NCBI RefSeq assembly: GCF_001194135.2
Contig: NC_068987.1
Span: forward strand, 25,061,531 to 25,109,371
Length of the DNA stretch: 47,841 nt
Reading direction: 5' to 3'
Origin: Octopus bimaculoides
Taxonomy: Eukaryota
Shown here: piece by piece, positions 11,638 to 22,768 of the stretch
Layout of the letters: each line of letters opens with the position of its first letter
Position numbering within the stretch: the first letter of the stretch is position 1
The notes under the pieces: generated by a model
Databases searched by the model: none
The model's input: only the letters and a program-made list of their open reading frames with translations
Told to the model about the DNA's origin: nothing
Translations under genes and position numbers: made by a program

Positions 11638-12337
11638 AGAGACAGTGAAGCCCTTAGAGTTCCAAGATGCGACCGTAAATGTAGATTGTCATATTTCTGT
11701 GGAAGACATCACACATGTGATTAGCAGCTACTTAAAAATGTCATGAAGCCTCTACCTCCCAATGCAACGTGACATTGTCGCAAAAACAATATATAATGCC
11801 ATTCGGAAAAAAATGATTGTCCTGGAATAAATATAGAGAATCCCCTTGTTATTGAATACGTACACAAATATCAGCACAAAAAAGAATATTTCCACCAAAA
11901 CAACTGGTAGAATATTTCCATCAAAACATCTGGTAGAATATTTCCATCAAAACATCTGGTAGAATATTTCCATCAAAACATCTGTCAAGTGTGAGCATAA
12001 CAGGTCGGATATCGTTTGGGACAGACAAGAAAAAGTATGTACCGTCATAGAGGTAAGGTGTCTTACTGATGTGAATATCTCTTTGAATATCAAAGAGAAA
12101 GAAAATAACTGTGGACAACTGCTTCTAGACCTCCAGCTTCTATATCCGGATGACAAATTTACATTTATACCAATAATAATTGGAACACTTGGTTTTGTAA
12201 GTAAATGCTTAACTGTCAGTCTGGATAAGTTTGGATTTTCAGAAAAAGAAATCAACCAACTGATTCGCACATTACAAATACAATCTGTGAGCGGAACAGC
12301 AAAATTATTCAAGACTTGCCTCAGGTTTAAAATGTGA
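11638..12337 (+). mobile_element. 3' fragment of an RLE-type non-LTR retrotransposon (second family, R4/NeSL-like)
   Basis: KCRL..SVEDITHVISS (knuckle), VKCEHNRSDIVWDRQEKVCTVIEV..TDVNISLNIKEKENNCGQLL..LQLLYPDDKFTFIPIIIGTLGFVS...LQIQSVSGTAKLFKTCLRFKM*. Confidence 0.8.
11884..11987 (+). repeat. 26-bp tandem repeat x4 inside the RLE LINE
   Basis: Unit gaatatttccatcaaaacatctggta starts at 11884 (diverged), 11910, 11936 and 11962. Confidence 0.95.
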
Positions 12338-12421
12338 CATTGTTTTCGTTATCTACATTCAAAAGATGGAGCTCTGTATCTTTGTTTACAAACCAGCGTA
12401 CGTGTGGTGTGTATTTGTGTT

Positions 12422-12570
12422 TGAGCATAGTGGTCAGACTGTTGGGTTCATAATCACAAGGCTGTGAGTTCGCTTCCTGAATAGGGTGATGCATTTTGTC
12501 CTTCAGTTTAGGCCCTTCATTTTATGCTGCTTCTGTCTACGCAGCTGTAAATGGCTACAAGCCAAGTGCT
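12422..12570 (+). mobile_element. tRNA-derived SINE head, degenerate
   Basis: A-box-like 'agcatagtggtcaga' and B-box-like 'gagttcgcttcc', followed by a 'tgtccttcag...ctacgcagctgtaaatgg' SINE-core-like segment. Confidence 0.5.
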
Positions 12571-12902
12571 GCTGTGATTTTTCTTCCTTCCTTCCATCTA
12601 TTATATTCGAGATGTTCCGAGGGTGAACGTCAGAAGTCGAGATGGTGTCTATGTCTGCCTTCGGAACTACAAAGTTAGCGAGTGTATGTTACCACTTGGC
12701 CATTGGCTGTATTTAGTTGTATACCTTCTGCTGTAAGCCTTCGGAACAAGACATCGCCTGAGGATAACTTTCTCACTGACTCCCAAAAGACGCAGCGGGA
12801 CTGCTTTTCTAGCTTTGATTTAGTTATAAGAATCTACAAAGCAATGTACACTACAGAAACAGTTCCTGTCCTATACTTTTCCAGGTATATAATAAGAATA
12901 TT

Positions 12903-12984
12903 ACTTTTCATGCTATGTAAATACAATAAAATTTTGTTTAACGTTCATTTGCTTGACTGTTAACAATGCATAACATTTACATGT

Positions 12985-13018
<34 letters not shown>

Positions 13019-13441
13019 GCACACATATTTTACATGTTTCAATCATTAGACTATATATATATATATGNNNNNNNNNNNNNNNNNNNNNNNNNNNNNNNNN
13101 NNNNNNNNNNNNNNNNNNNNNNNNNNNNNNNNNNNNNNNNNNNNNNNNNNNNNNNNNNNNNNNNNNNNNNNNNNNNNNNNNNNNNNNNNNNNNNNNNNNN
13201 NNNNNNNNNNNNNNNNNNNNNNNNNNNNNNNNNNNNNNNNNNNNNNNNNNNNNNNNNNNNNNNNNNNNNNNNNNNNNNNNNNNNNNNNNNNNNNNNNNNN
13301 NNNNNNNNNNNNNNNNNNNNNNNNNNNNNNNNNNNNNNNNNNNNNNNNNNNNNNNNNNNNNNNNNNNNNNNNNNNNNNNNNNNNNNNNNNNNNNNNNNNN
13401 NNNNNNNNNNNNNNNNNNNNNNNNNNNNNNNNNNNNNNNNN

Positions 13442-13495
<54 letters not shown>

Positions 13496-13576
13496 ACATG
13501 TAAATGTTATGCATTGTTAACAGACAAGCAAATGAACGTTAAACAAAATTTTATTGTATTTACATAGGTGAAAAGT
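12903..13576. repeat. Inverted duplication (about 85-bp unique arms + (CA)n/(TG)n) around a 374-N gap
   Basis: 12903-13015 is the reverse complement of 13442-13576, with one substitution (gactg/gtctg) and a small indel-type difference near the outer end. Confidence 0.9.
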
Positions 13577-13959
13577 GGAGTTACATCTCTGGGGAATTCA
13601 TTCGTCAGCAAACCCAAAATATTGCTACTAAGTAGGACTTGGTAGGTAAGGAGTTAAACTATATAAACAACAGAAGGATTAAAAATGAAAAAGGAGATAA
13701 GAGCATGTCAACTGCAGAAACATACACTCACGCTGTTCTACTAATGTACATTTATATTATTTCTAACTATTTCACATTTTCCACTCTACTTATTAAAAGT
13801 CGCAACATTTCACTTAAAACATATGGCAGTAATTATTATAAAAACTATGTTCCAGTTTGTCCAATGTAATAATGTTTAGTCAACCCTGTTTCAGAAGTTT
13901 AGATATTCGACTGAATCATACAAATAGATTCTAATAATACAGGAAATGAATTATAAACA

Positions 13960-14035
<76 letters not shown>

Positions 14036-14395
14036 ACTCACACAAACATACATAACATATACTGTGTTAAATAACTCTGTAGATACATATATACACATAC
14101 AAACCTGAATATATATACACATGTATGTATGTGTATATGTATAATTTGTGTGGGTGTGTGTATGTGTAGTGTATATAAATATATAGATTTTCTTCCGAAT
14201 TACATGGTTTCGGGTCCAGTCCTATAGCATGGCAACTTTGACCACGGACAGCAAAATCTTTATCATTCGAACCCCATCGCATATATGTTCTGCGANNNNN
14301 NNNNNNNNNNNNNNNNNNNNNNNNNNNNNNNNNNNNNNNNNNNNNNNNNNNNNNNNNNNNNNNNNNNNNNNNNNNNNNNNNNNNNNNNNNNNNNN

Positions 14396-14790
14396 GTGGT
14401 AGAAGCAGCGGTGCTGAATGTTTAAGGTGTTGGAAGCAGTGTTAGTGGTGATATTGAGGATGGCTGTGGCGGTTACAGTAGTGGTGTAGATGGTGATGCA
14501 GATGGTGGTAGTATTGGTGCTGAAGAGGAAGCTGGTGGTTGCGCTGGTAGTAATACTGTTGGTGATGGTGGTGGTGGTGGTGGTGGCGGTTGTGACGGTA
14601 GTGGTGTTGGTGGTGGTTGTGATGATTGTGGTGTAGGTAATGGTTGTGCTAGAGCAGGCGTTGATGGTGGAGCTGGAAGCAGCGATAGTAATAGCAGTGT
14701 TGTTGTTGGTGGTGCCAGTGGTGATGGTGGTAAGTGATGCTGCTGATGATGATGGCACTTGTGTTGGTTATGGTGGTGATGTTGCTGCTG
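14396..14790. repeat. Degenerate GGT/GAT/GTT trinucleotide low-complexity region
   Basis: Read directly; produces the Thr-rich and Val-rich pseudo-ORFs. Confidence 0.85.
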
Positions 14791-14914
14791 CTGATGATGT
14801 TAGAACCGTTGCCCTAGAAATAGACGGCATTGGCAGTCTAAAAGAAAAATTAAGGGTACGTTTGTGGCTGTTAAGGATATAATCTCGTTAAAAAGTGACA
14901 TTAGGACTATAACT

Positions 14915-15460
14915 TTTGTTGTTTAATCCAGCTCGGTTCTGATCGAGGGCATCCTATAATCAGAGACAATTTCTGTCGGAACCACCCGTATCGTCTTCAG
15001 ATATAATCTATCAAGGACTACAATATATAATGCGCCCTTCCTTTTTATTCTTGGTTAGCCGTATGTTATCCCATTTCATTATCTACGACTATATTGTCAT
15101 TGTCCTTGTTTAGAACCAGGTCAGTCCCGATTCGCATTCCAATCATGATTCACCCGCATTTGTCAGCATCCGATGTATGCTATCTTTTTTTTTTTTAAGA
15201 CAGTAGGGAAGGAGCTTGTTAAATTTCTTCTGAGCACTTGAAGTATTTTTTTACAGCTACATCAAATTTCTAACGAAAATAAAATATAATAGAATGAATG
15301 CGAATTTCATCAGCAACATACAAAAATACATTTCTTTTTTCTTTTTGTTTGAAAAGAATCATGTGAAAATTTGAAAATACTCAAGCTTTTGAGAGAAAAT
15401 AAACAAGATCTGTAAGGAGTGCTTTGGAGGAGATTTGGCTATTGTTTCTTGCAAGCCAAA
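14915..15460 (-). mobile_element. Retroposon family F fragments
   Basis: 'gttgtttaatccagctcggttctgatcgag' (14917), 'gtttagaaccaggtcag' (15108) and 'ggagatttggctattgtttcttgcaag' (15429). Confidence 0.45.
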
Positions 15461-16621
15461 TAATCATGTTGTGTCTTCCTTACCGCCTAATTGATTCATA
15501 GAACTAATTCAGCGATTCTTAGGATTTTGGCCATTGCTACACATTCTGAAAATTCTATACTCCTTTTGCTTGTGGTGTTGGTGATGTTTTCACTCGGGTT
15601 GGACCTGATCGAGCTGTTCTATGACGAAAGACATCTCAGCTTTTACCATCCCATCACAATGCACTTGGAGCAGTGATTCATGGATCTTTTTTGTTTAGCT
15701 GCCACTTTTCAATTTCTTCAATTTTTGTTCCAATCAATTTTATATTTGACATGTTGATATAGTTTTGTACGGTAATCATTGAAAGGAAATTCATTTTCGC
15801 CATAAATCAACAAATACAAAGTTAATAGTTTTTAAAGTTTGCAAATTTTACGTAATTTTAGCCAATCGAAAGCTGCATACATACAGTACCTGTTTCGATA
15901 AGTAATAAGCCAAGCTGTTACGGAGCTACTTACCCATGTGGTCAATTTTCGCTTATTAAATACTTAAAACACAGGTGGTCGTGAGTTGTGCAAAAAATAA
16001 CAGCTAAACAGGCCTTAACTCACGCACCAATTTCTTAATTTTGCTTTTGCATAATCGTATGAATTCCCGTGTGTAGATTATAAATTTGCAAAATTTTTCG
16101 CAAAAATTCCATAAAATAAAAAAGTTATGAGGAGTTACATAACTGGAAAAACTCAACTATCTCCTGAGATTCAGCGTGGGAAATTACATCAATACACCAA
16201 ATTTTAAAATTTTCCTTAAACTTAAAAATGTCCACAAGTGTAGCAAAACAGAAAAGATCCAGATTTTGTTGTTAAAATTTAAGTGTAGTAAATTGGTTAT
16301 AATTCTACAATACGCAAAATATGTCAACAATCTTTTTATACAGTTTTTAATAATATTTAATTATAAAAAATATGATTTTTTAAACTCCAAATGGTTATGG
16401 GGATCCACCAATGTAAAATAGGAATCCAAGGGGCCCATAGTTAAAAACAGTTGAGAAACTCTAATCTAGAGTCACATTATATGTACCCTTCACCGCCTCG
16501 CTGGTTCGTAAAATAGTTCAACAATTCTTAATATTTTGATCATTGCAGTTGCTACATACACTGGAAAAGTTATAATTCTCCATGATTCATATATGAATAT
16601 ATATATATATATATATATATA

Positions 16622-16734
16622 GGGAGAATTCACAAAAAAAAAAGCAAAAGACGAAGACAGGTGGTGTAGAAAATTCAAACAGATGTATTAGTATAACGCT
16701 CAGGAATTGAAAACGTCTTTAACTTTTCGAGCCT
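16622..16734. mobile_element. Possible Penelope-like terminal repeat running into a gap
   Basis: 'aaagacgaagacaggtggtgtag...aacgtctttaacttttcgagcct' after (TA)n; assignment by recall. Confidence 0.35.
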
Positions 16735-17236
16735 NNNNNNNNNNNNNNNNNNNNNNNNNNNNNNNNNNNNNNNNNNNNNNNNNNNNNNNNNNNNNNNNNN
16801 NNNNNNNNNNNNNNNNNNNNNNNNNNNNNNNNNNNNNNNNNNNNNNNNNNNNNNNNNNNNNNNNNNNNNNNNNNNNNNNNNNNNNNNNNNNNNNNNNNNN
16901 NNNNNNNNNNNNNNNNNNNNNNNNNNNNNNNNNNNNNNNNNNNNNNNNNNNNNNNNNNNNNNNNNNNNNNNNNNNNNNNNNNNNNNNNNNNNNNNNNNNN
17001 NNNNNNNNNNNNNNNNNNNNNNNNNNNNNNNNNNNNNNNNNNNNNNNNNNNNNNNNNNNNNNNNNNNNNNNNNNNNNNNNNNNNNNNNNNNNNNNNNNNN
17101 NNNNNNNNNNNNNNNNNNNNNNNNNNNNNNNNNNNNNNNNNNNNNNNNNNNNNNNNNNNNNNNNNNNNNNNNNNNNNNNTATATATATATAAATCTTAAT
17201 GGATCTTTGTGGTTATCGTCATTGCATGTCGAATCT

Positions 17237-17640
17237 AGTGGCTGTGTGGTAAGTAGCTTGCTTACCAACCACATGGTTCCTGTTTCAGTCTCACTGCGTG
17301 GCATCTTGGGCAAGTGTCTTCTACTATAATCTCCGGCCGACCAAAGCCTTGTGAGTTGATTTGGTAGAGAAAAACTGAAAGAATCTCCTCGAATATATAT
17401 ACATATTTATATGTGTATGTGAGTGTATATTTTTGTGTGTCTGTGTTTGTCACCCCAACATCGCTTGACAACTGATACTGGTGTGTTTACGTCCACGTAA
17501 TCTAGCGGTTCGGCAAAAGAGACCAATAGAATAAGTATTAGGCTTACAAAGAATAAGTCCTGGGATCGATTTGCTCGACTAAAGGCAGTGCTCCAGCATG
17601 GCCAGTCAAATGACTTAAACAAATAAAAGAATAAAAGAAT
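17237..17640 (+). mobile_element. SINE family A, full length (tRNA-like head, internal microsatellite, conserved tail)
   Basis: Head 'gtggctgtgtggtaagtagcttgcttaccaaccacatggttcc', core 'ttgggcaagtgtcttctactata', tail 'gcggttcggcaaaagagacc...cagcatggccagtcaaatgacttaaacaaataaaagaataaaagaat'. At least 8 homologues in the window. Confidence 0.9.
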
Positions 17641-19545
17641 GTTATTTTTGACGCTGAATCCGAATTTATTAATAAAAAGCAATCATCCAAAAATTGCGAT
17701 GCATTTGTTTGGGAAATATTCCAGTTTTTCAAATACGTGCCGTGCACCCCTAAAGGTGAACTATCCATATGGGAAACAAATCTTTCCAGATTAATTTCAG
17801 GCGGGTTTGTAAGTTTGAAACTTAAATCTAAGAAAAAAGAAGAAAGTGTACGGAGTATACGCATTTAGTATTTCTTTTTCTTACACATGAAGATCTAAGA
17901 ATTTTATTCATTGATGCGCCATATTGTATAACATAATCATGAGTTTACATTTTTAACATTNNNNNNNNNNNNNNNNNNNNNNNNNNNNNNNNNNNNNNNN
18001 NNNNNNNNNNNNNNNNNNNNNNNNNNNNNNNNNNNNNNNNNNNNNNNNNNNNNNNNNNNNNNNNNNNNNNNNNNNNNNNNNNNNNNNNNNNNNNNNNNNN
18101 NNNNNNNNNNNNNNNNNNNNNNNNNNNNNNNNNNNNNNNNNNNNNNNNNNNNNNNNNNNNNNNNNNNNNNNNNNNNNNNNNNNNNNNNNNNNNNNNNNNN
18201 NNNNNNNNNNNNNNNNNNNNNNNNNNNNNNNNNNNNNNNNNNNNNNNNNNNNNNNNNNNNNNNNNNNNNNNNNNNNNNNNNNNNNNNNNNNNNNNNNNNN
18301 NNNNNNNNNNNNNNNNNNNNNNNNNNNNNNNNNNNNNNNNNNNNNNNNNNNNNNNNNNNNNNNNNNNNNNNNNNNNNNNNNNNNNNNNNNNNNNNNNNNN
18401 NNNNNNNNNNNNNNNNNNNNNNNNNNNNNNNNNNNNNNNNNNNNNNNNNNNNNNNNNNNNNNNNNNNNNNNNNNNNNNNNNNNNNNNNNNNNNNNNNNNN
18501 NNNNNNNNNNNNNNNNNNNNNNNNNNNNNNNNNNNNNNNNNNNNNNNNNNNNNNNNNNNNNNNNNNNNNNNNNNNNNNNNNNNNNNNNNNNNNNNNNNNN
18601 NNNNNNNNNNNNNNNNNNNNNNNNNNNNNNNNNNNNTGTGTGTGTGTGTGCGCGCGCGTATTCAAGATTTAAGGCGAAAATATATCAGAAAGCAAAATGC
18701 AATTATTAGTTTAAAGTTCAATAACAGATGAAGAAAGTGAAAGTATTTTAAAATTCGGGGTTTAAGCTCTTCAGAATGTTAGATATAAAAAGTAAGGAAG
18801 GCGCGTTGAGGTAGAAAAACTTGTTTAATATAAAATATGGTTTGTTCTTTGTCAAGTCGTGTTTGTAATAGCAGAGTTCGAATAACCGGAAGGGACCTAG
18901 AAGAAATGGGTTCTTATTCGTAAAAGAGCAATCGGGGAGGAAATTGTGAAGGAAATTATGCATGTGCACGTTTTATTGTGCGTATAGTTGTAAACCCAGT
19001 ATATAGACTATTATGTATGGGTGTACAGTCATGACATGCGTGTGTGTAGATGTGTGTACAAGTCTGTATGTGTTTAGTGTCTATATAGTAACCAAATAGT
19101 AATTAAGACTAGCTCTACTTGAGAAGGGGAGATAATCGAAAATTTTCCAAAGCTGTCGTGCCATTAAGGAAAAGGACTGGTCTATTGTCTGGAGATAAGA
19201 GGACAGTCGTGGAAGCGTGTTTCTGGTTCAATTGCCTTCATCAGCACGACAATTACCCGACTTTATCTCCAGCAATCAAAGGACTTTGACGAGTCATGGG
19301 ACAAACTGAAGCCTGGGGGACTTTCTGACTGGCACACCTAACGAAAATTTAGTTGTGCGACCAGCCTGATGATGATACATATCTCACACGGCCCGCTTCT
19401 CGAAAAAGGTTGATCATAACTGAGTTAGATTTACGCAAAAATAACGAGTAGAAAAACATACATGGCTTAGGTTATTTGTATACTTGAAAGAAAAATGAGC
19501 TAAGAGAAATAACTCAGAGGGACCAGCAGACGTATTTGAACAATA

Positions 19546-20440
19546 TCTACTACATATGTGGGAAATTCTGTCTGTGGGTGTATTTGTGGAGTAATTACCA
19601 AACTCCTCCTACATCGTTTTATCGATTTTGATGAGACTTAACACGTGAGAACACACGTCTGGAAATCTCATGGCATACTCAGATCGTTGAAAAAAATCGA
19701 TAATAGGGCCCCTGGAAGAGATCCTTATATATATCAAATATATTTTATTTTAAAAACCAAGGGAAATAACCCATTTGCCCCTGGAAGGGATCCTTGTATA
19801 TAGCCAAGGGAAATAATTCATTTATTTTCCTAAATTATTTGGTATAAATCAAATTGAGTATGCTTATTTCTTAGCATTTGAACTGTTAGAGTTATTTTCA
19901 CAATTTATCCAGTACAACCCTTAAACAAGTAAATTACATTTTCGTAAACAACAGATCCACTTATTTCGATTAGTGACTTATTCACGAATATACCAACACT
20001 AGCGCTCCTGAGGGTAATATTCTCTGGGAACGCACAAAAGCCCTTTTCAGAGTTATTTACTTTGAATTGTTATTATCTCATATCTGATTAGCCTGTTATT
20101 ACGTAACATGCTTCACGATTTTTGTATACATACTTTATTAGTATTTCCTCCTATATACTCTGGGAACGCATTAAAGCCCTTTTATTTGAATACTTACTAT
20201 CGGGTAACTAATTTCATGTTATTACACAACTGATTTCACAATTTGGGTATACATTACTTATTGGGAATTCCTAAAAACAAGATCCTGTGTAAAACGGTTC
20301 GGTATTCTCTGTAAATGCACAAAAACCGTTTTAAGGGCTGCATACTTTGTATTGTTGTTATTGGATTAGCGAAACAATTATGAGAACGGAACCAAAGGAT
20401 AAGCCCCGCTTTCCCGGGAATTACCGGGTACATCAGCTAG
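19546..20440 (+). mobile_element. Complete non-autonomous Helitron, 895 bp
   Basis: A|TC start (19545/19546), subterminal hairpin cccgg-gaatta-ccggg (20413-20428), CTAG|T end (20437-20441), no TSD, and internal direct repeats (cccctggaagrgatcctt x2, ccaagggaaataa x2, ctctgggaacgca..aaagcccttt x2). Confidence 0.7.
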
Positions 20441-20564
20441 TAGACAAATAAAGGTATATCAAATATCATACAACATAAATTCTTGATTTATAAAAATTAT
20501 CTCCACCTCTAAGGGACGTATCATAATTACCAAATGGTAATTAAGACCAGCTTCATGCATACAT

Positions 20565-20850
20565 ATATCTTCCTTGTCTTAGTTCCTTCTGTACAGTTGG
20601 CCAGTACATCGGGTAGCATGACGTCTCTAATCTTTCCTGTTTTGAGCATTGTTGCCTGCATTTTTTCAGGTGATGCTAAGTTGCTTCAGATCTTCTTTGA
20701 AGGTGACGTGCCATGTCCTCTTGGGTCTACCGTTCTTTCTTCGCTCCTCTGCACGTACCCATTGTATAGATATCTTGGGTATTCGATCTTCTCGTAGTTG
20801 GAAAATATGACCTGCAAGTCTCACTTTTTTCCCTCGCAGGCTGAGTTCCT
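20565..20850 (-). mobile_element. RTE-clade LINE 3' fragment
   Basis: Minus strand reads KVRLAGHIFQLREDRIPKISIQW...GRPKRTWHVTFKEDLKQL...RN*, a typical RTE ORF2 C-terminus. Confidence 0.8.
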
Positions 20851-20904
20851 CAGGAATTCAGAGTTTAGAAATAATTAAAATCTAAAAAAGAAAGAAAAAA
20901 AAAT

Positions 20905-21019
20905 ATTAATACCTATCGGCCGCAGGAATCTGCGATAAATTTATATATATATTAGCCAGAAAAATCTGCGATGTACTGAGTGCGCGATAGGTGAACCATG
21001 ATATGTCAAGGGATTACTG
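20905..21019. mobile_element. Right end of a Tigger/pogo-like MITE
   Basis: 'gcgcgataggtgaaccatgatatgtcaagggattactg|TA'; no matching left TIR found. Confidence 0.5.
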
Positions 21020-21094
21020 TATGTATGTATGTATGTATATGTGAATTCACGTGCATGTTTGTTCCTCGCCACTACTGCTGATTTTTTGTCTACA

Positions 21095-21245
21095 GTCCCA
21101 AAACATTGCGGTTCGGCAAAACGAAATCGACAGAAAAAGTAGTAGACTTTAAAAATGAGTATTGGTGTCGATTTGTTCCATTAAAATTCTTCAAGGTGTT
21201 GCACCGGCATGGTTGCAGTCTGATGACAAAAGCAAATAAAAAAAT
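21095..21245 (+). mobile_element. SINE family A tail fragment
   Basis: 'gcggttcggcaaaacgaaatcgacagaa...gtcgatttgttc...caaggtg..gcatggttgcagtc' matches 17505-17640. Confidence 0.75.
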
Positions 21246-21880
21246 GAGCTGTGTGTGTGTGTGTGTGACAGAGCGTGCGTGTGTTTGTGCGCGTGCGTGC
21301 ATGAGAGAGAAGGAGGGGGAGAGAGAGAGGGAGAAAGAGAGAGAGAGAGAACACGTGTGGACGTTCCTGAGCTTCAAAACGTGTTGGCAGCATCAGTGGT
21401 AGTCAGACATACACAAACACAGGCAGACAGACAAGACAAACACGCTGCCGATTTCCCAAAAGACACACCGACCGACATCTAAATAGGTTGACAAGAGAGG
21501 GAGCGGGTAGAAAACGCAGGGGGTGGGGGGTTAATGGATCGACAAGCTTGCTCACTGGGAATCGACAGAAATACACGCGGTCTGATTAAGAGATGTATGT
21601 ATTTTATGTGTTGCTATCTAAATACTTATCTTTAAGTAGAAACACATGCGTGTACGCACACATGTATACGTACATAGCCGCATACAATAATTGTATGTAG
21701 GTTAATACATACACACTCATACACAGACACATTCACATATATATCCCACAAACATTTTTACATTTATATTTGCTTAATTATATGTCTATGCCTGCCTGTC
21801 TGTCTGTCTCTCTTTGTCGCGCTCTCTGTCTATCTATATACATGCATGCATATATAAACACACACACACACATATATATG

Positions 21881-22140
21881 CAGGCGTGGCTGTGTAGGAG
21901 GACGCTTGCTTCCCAACCACATGGTTCCGGGGTTTCAGTTCCACTGTGTGGCACCTTGGGCAGGTGTCTTCTACTATAGCCTCGAGCCGACCAAGGACTT
22001 ATGAGTGGATTTGGTAGACGGAAACTGAAAGAAGGCCGTCGTCTTCTACTATCTATGTGTGTGTCACTTTGTGTCTGTGTTTGTCCCCCCACCCCGTCAC
22101 CGCTTGACAACCGGTGTTCGTGTGTTTACGTCCCCTGGAT
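21881..22140 (+). mobile_element. SINE family A, 3'-truncated
   Basis: Head and core closely match 17237-17500. Confidence 0.9.
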
Positions 22141-22304
22141 TTAGTTAATCTCATTCGCAAAATGAGCCCCCTTTAATTTTACTCAGATTGCTTTCAATTT
22201 TGGTGTATCGATACAACTCTGAATTTTGATTACGATCAACCAATTACTTTATCTCGTAAATTGAAGAATCTGATGTTATTTGGAATTAAATTTGGGAAAT
22301 CTGG

Positions 22305-22405
22305 GTAATTTTAGCCAATCAACAGACAGTATGGCAATAGCAGCTTGTTACCATGACAACTGCACGCTGTGTGTTTCACTTCATCTGTGTCTTTGCCGCA
22401 CGTCA
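22305..22405. promoter_or_regulatory. Candidate cis-regulatory cluster: CCAAT box, RFX X-box, CRE/ATF-like site
   Basis: CCAAT 22315-22319; GTTACCATGACAAC 22347-22360 (near-canonical X-box); CACGTCA 22399-22405. May be transposon-derived. Confidence 0.35.
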
Positions 22406-22691
22406 TCAATAGCGTGAAACGCCGTCTTTGTGACTCGGATGTTAAATCACTATGGCCAGTATTGTCAACCTTTAGGGACTCATTGACTCAGATAGCTGGA
22501 TTTATGATTTCACAAGGTTAATTCTATTCATAGTCATTTAAATTAGGAGTATTTCTTAAACCGTTAACTTCACATTTCTTTTTTCATCGGACAAATTCTT
22601 TGTTGACCAGTGTTATTCTTGTCGTAGTTTACAAATCCAAACATGAAAACGTCACTCAACTAACTTTGGAGCTTTGGGACAGACGCCCCCT

Positions 22692-22768
<77 letters not shown>

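Noticed and set aside
14222-14882. Mucin-like Thr-rich and Val-rich ORFs
   Set aside because: Degenerate trinucleotide low-complexity sequence spanning an N gap; stop-free by composition only.
16380-16470. Possible hAT MITE right end 'aaacagttgagaaactct aatctagag'
   Set aside because: The TIR is degenerate and no matching left end was found.
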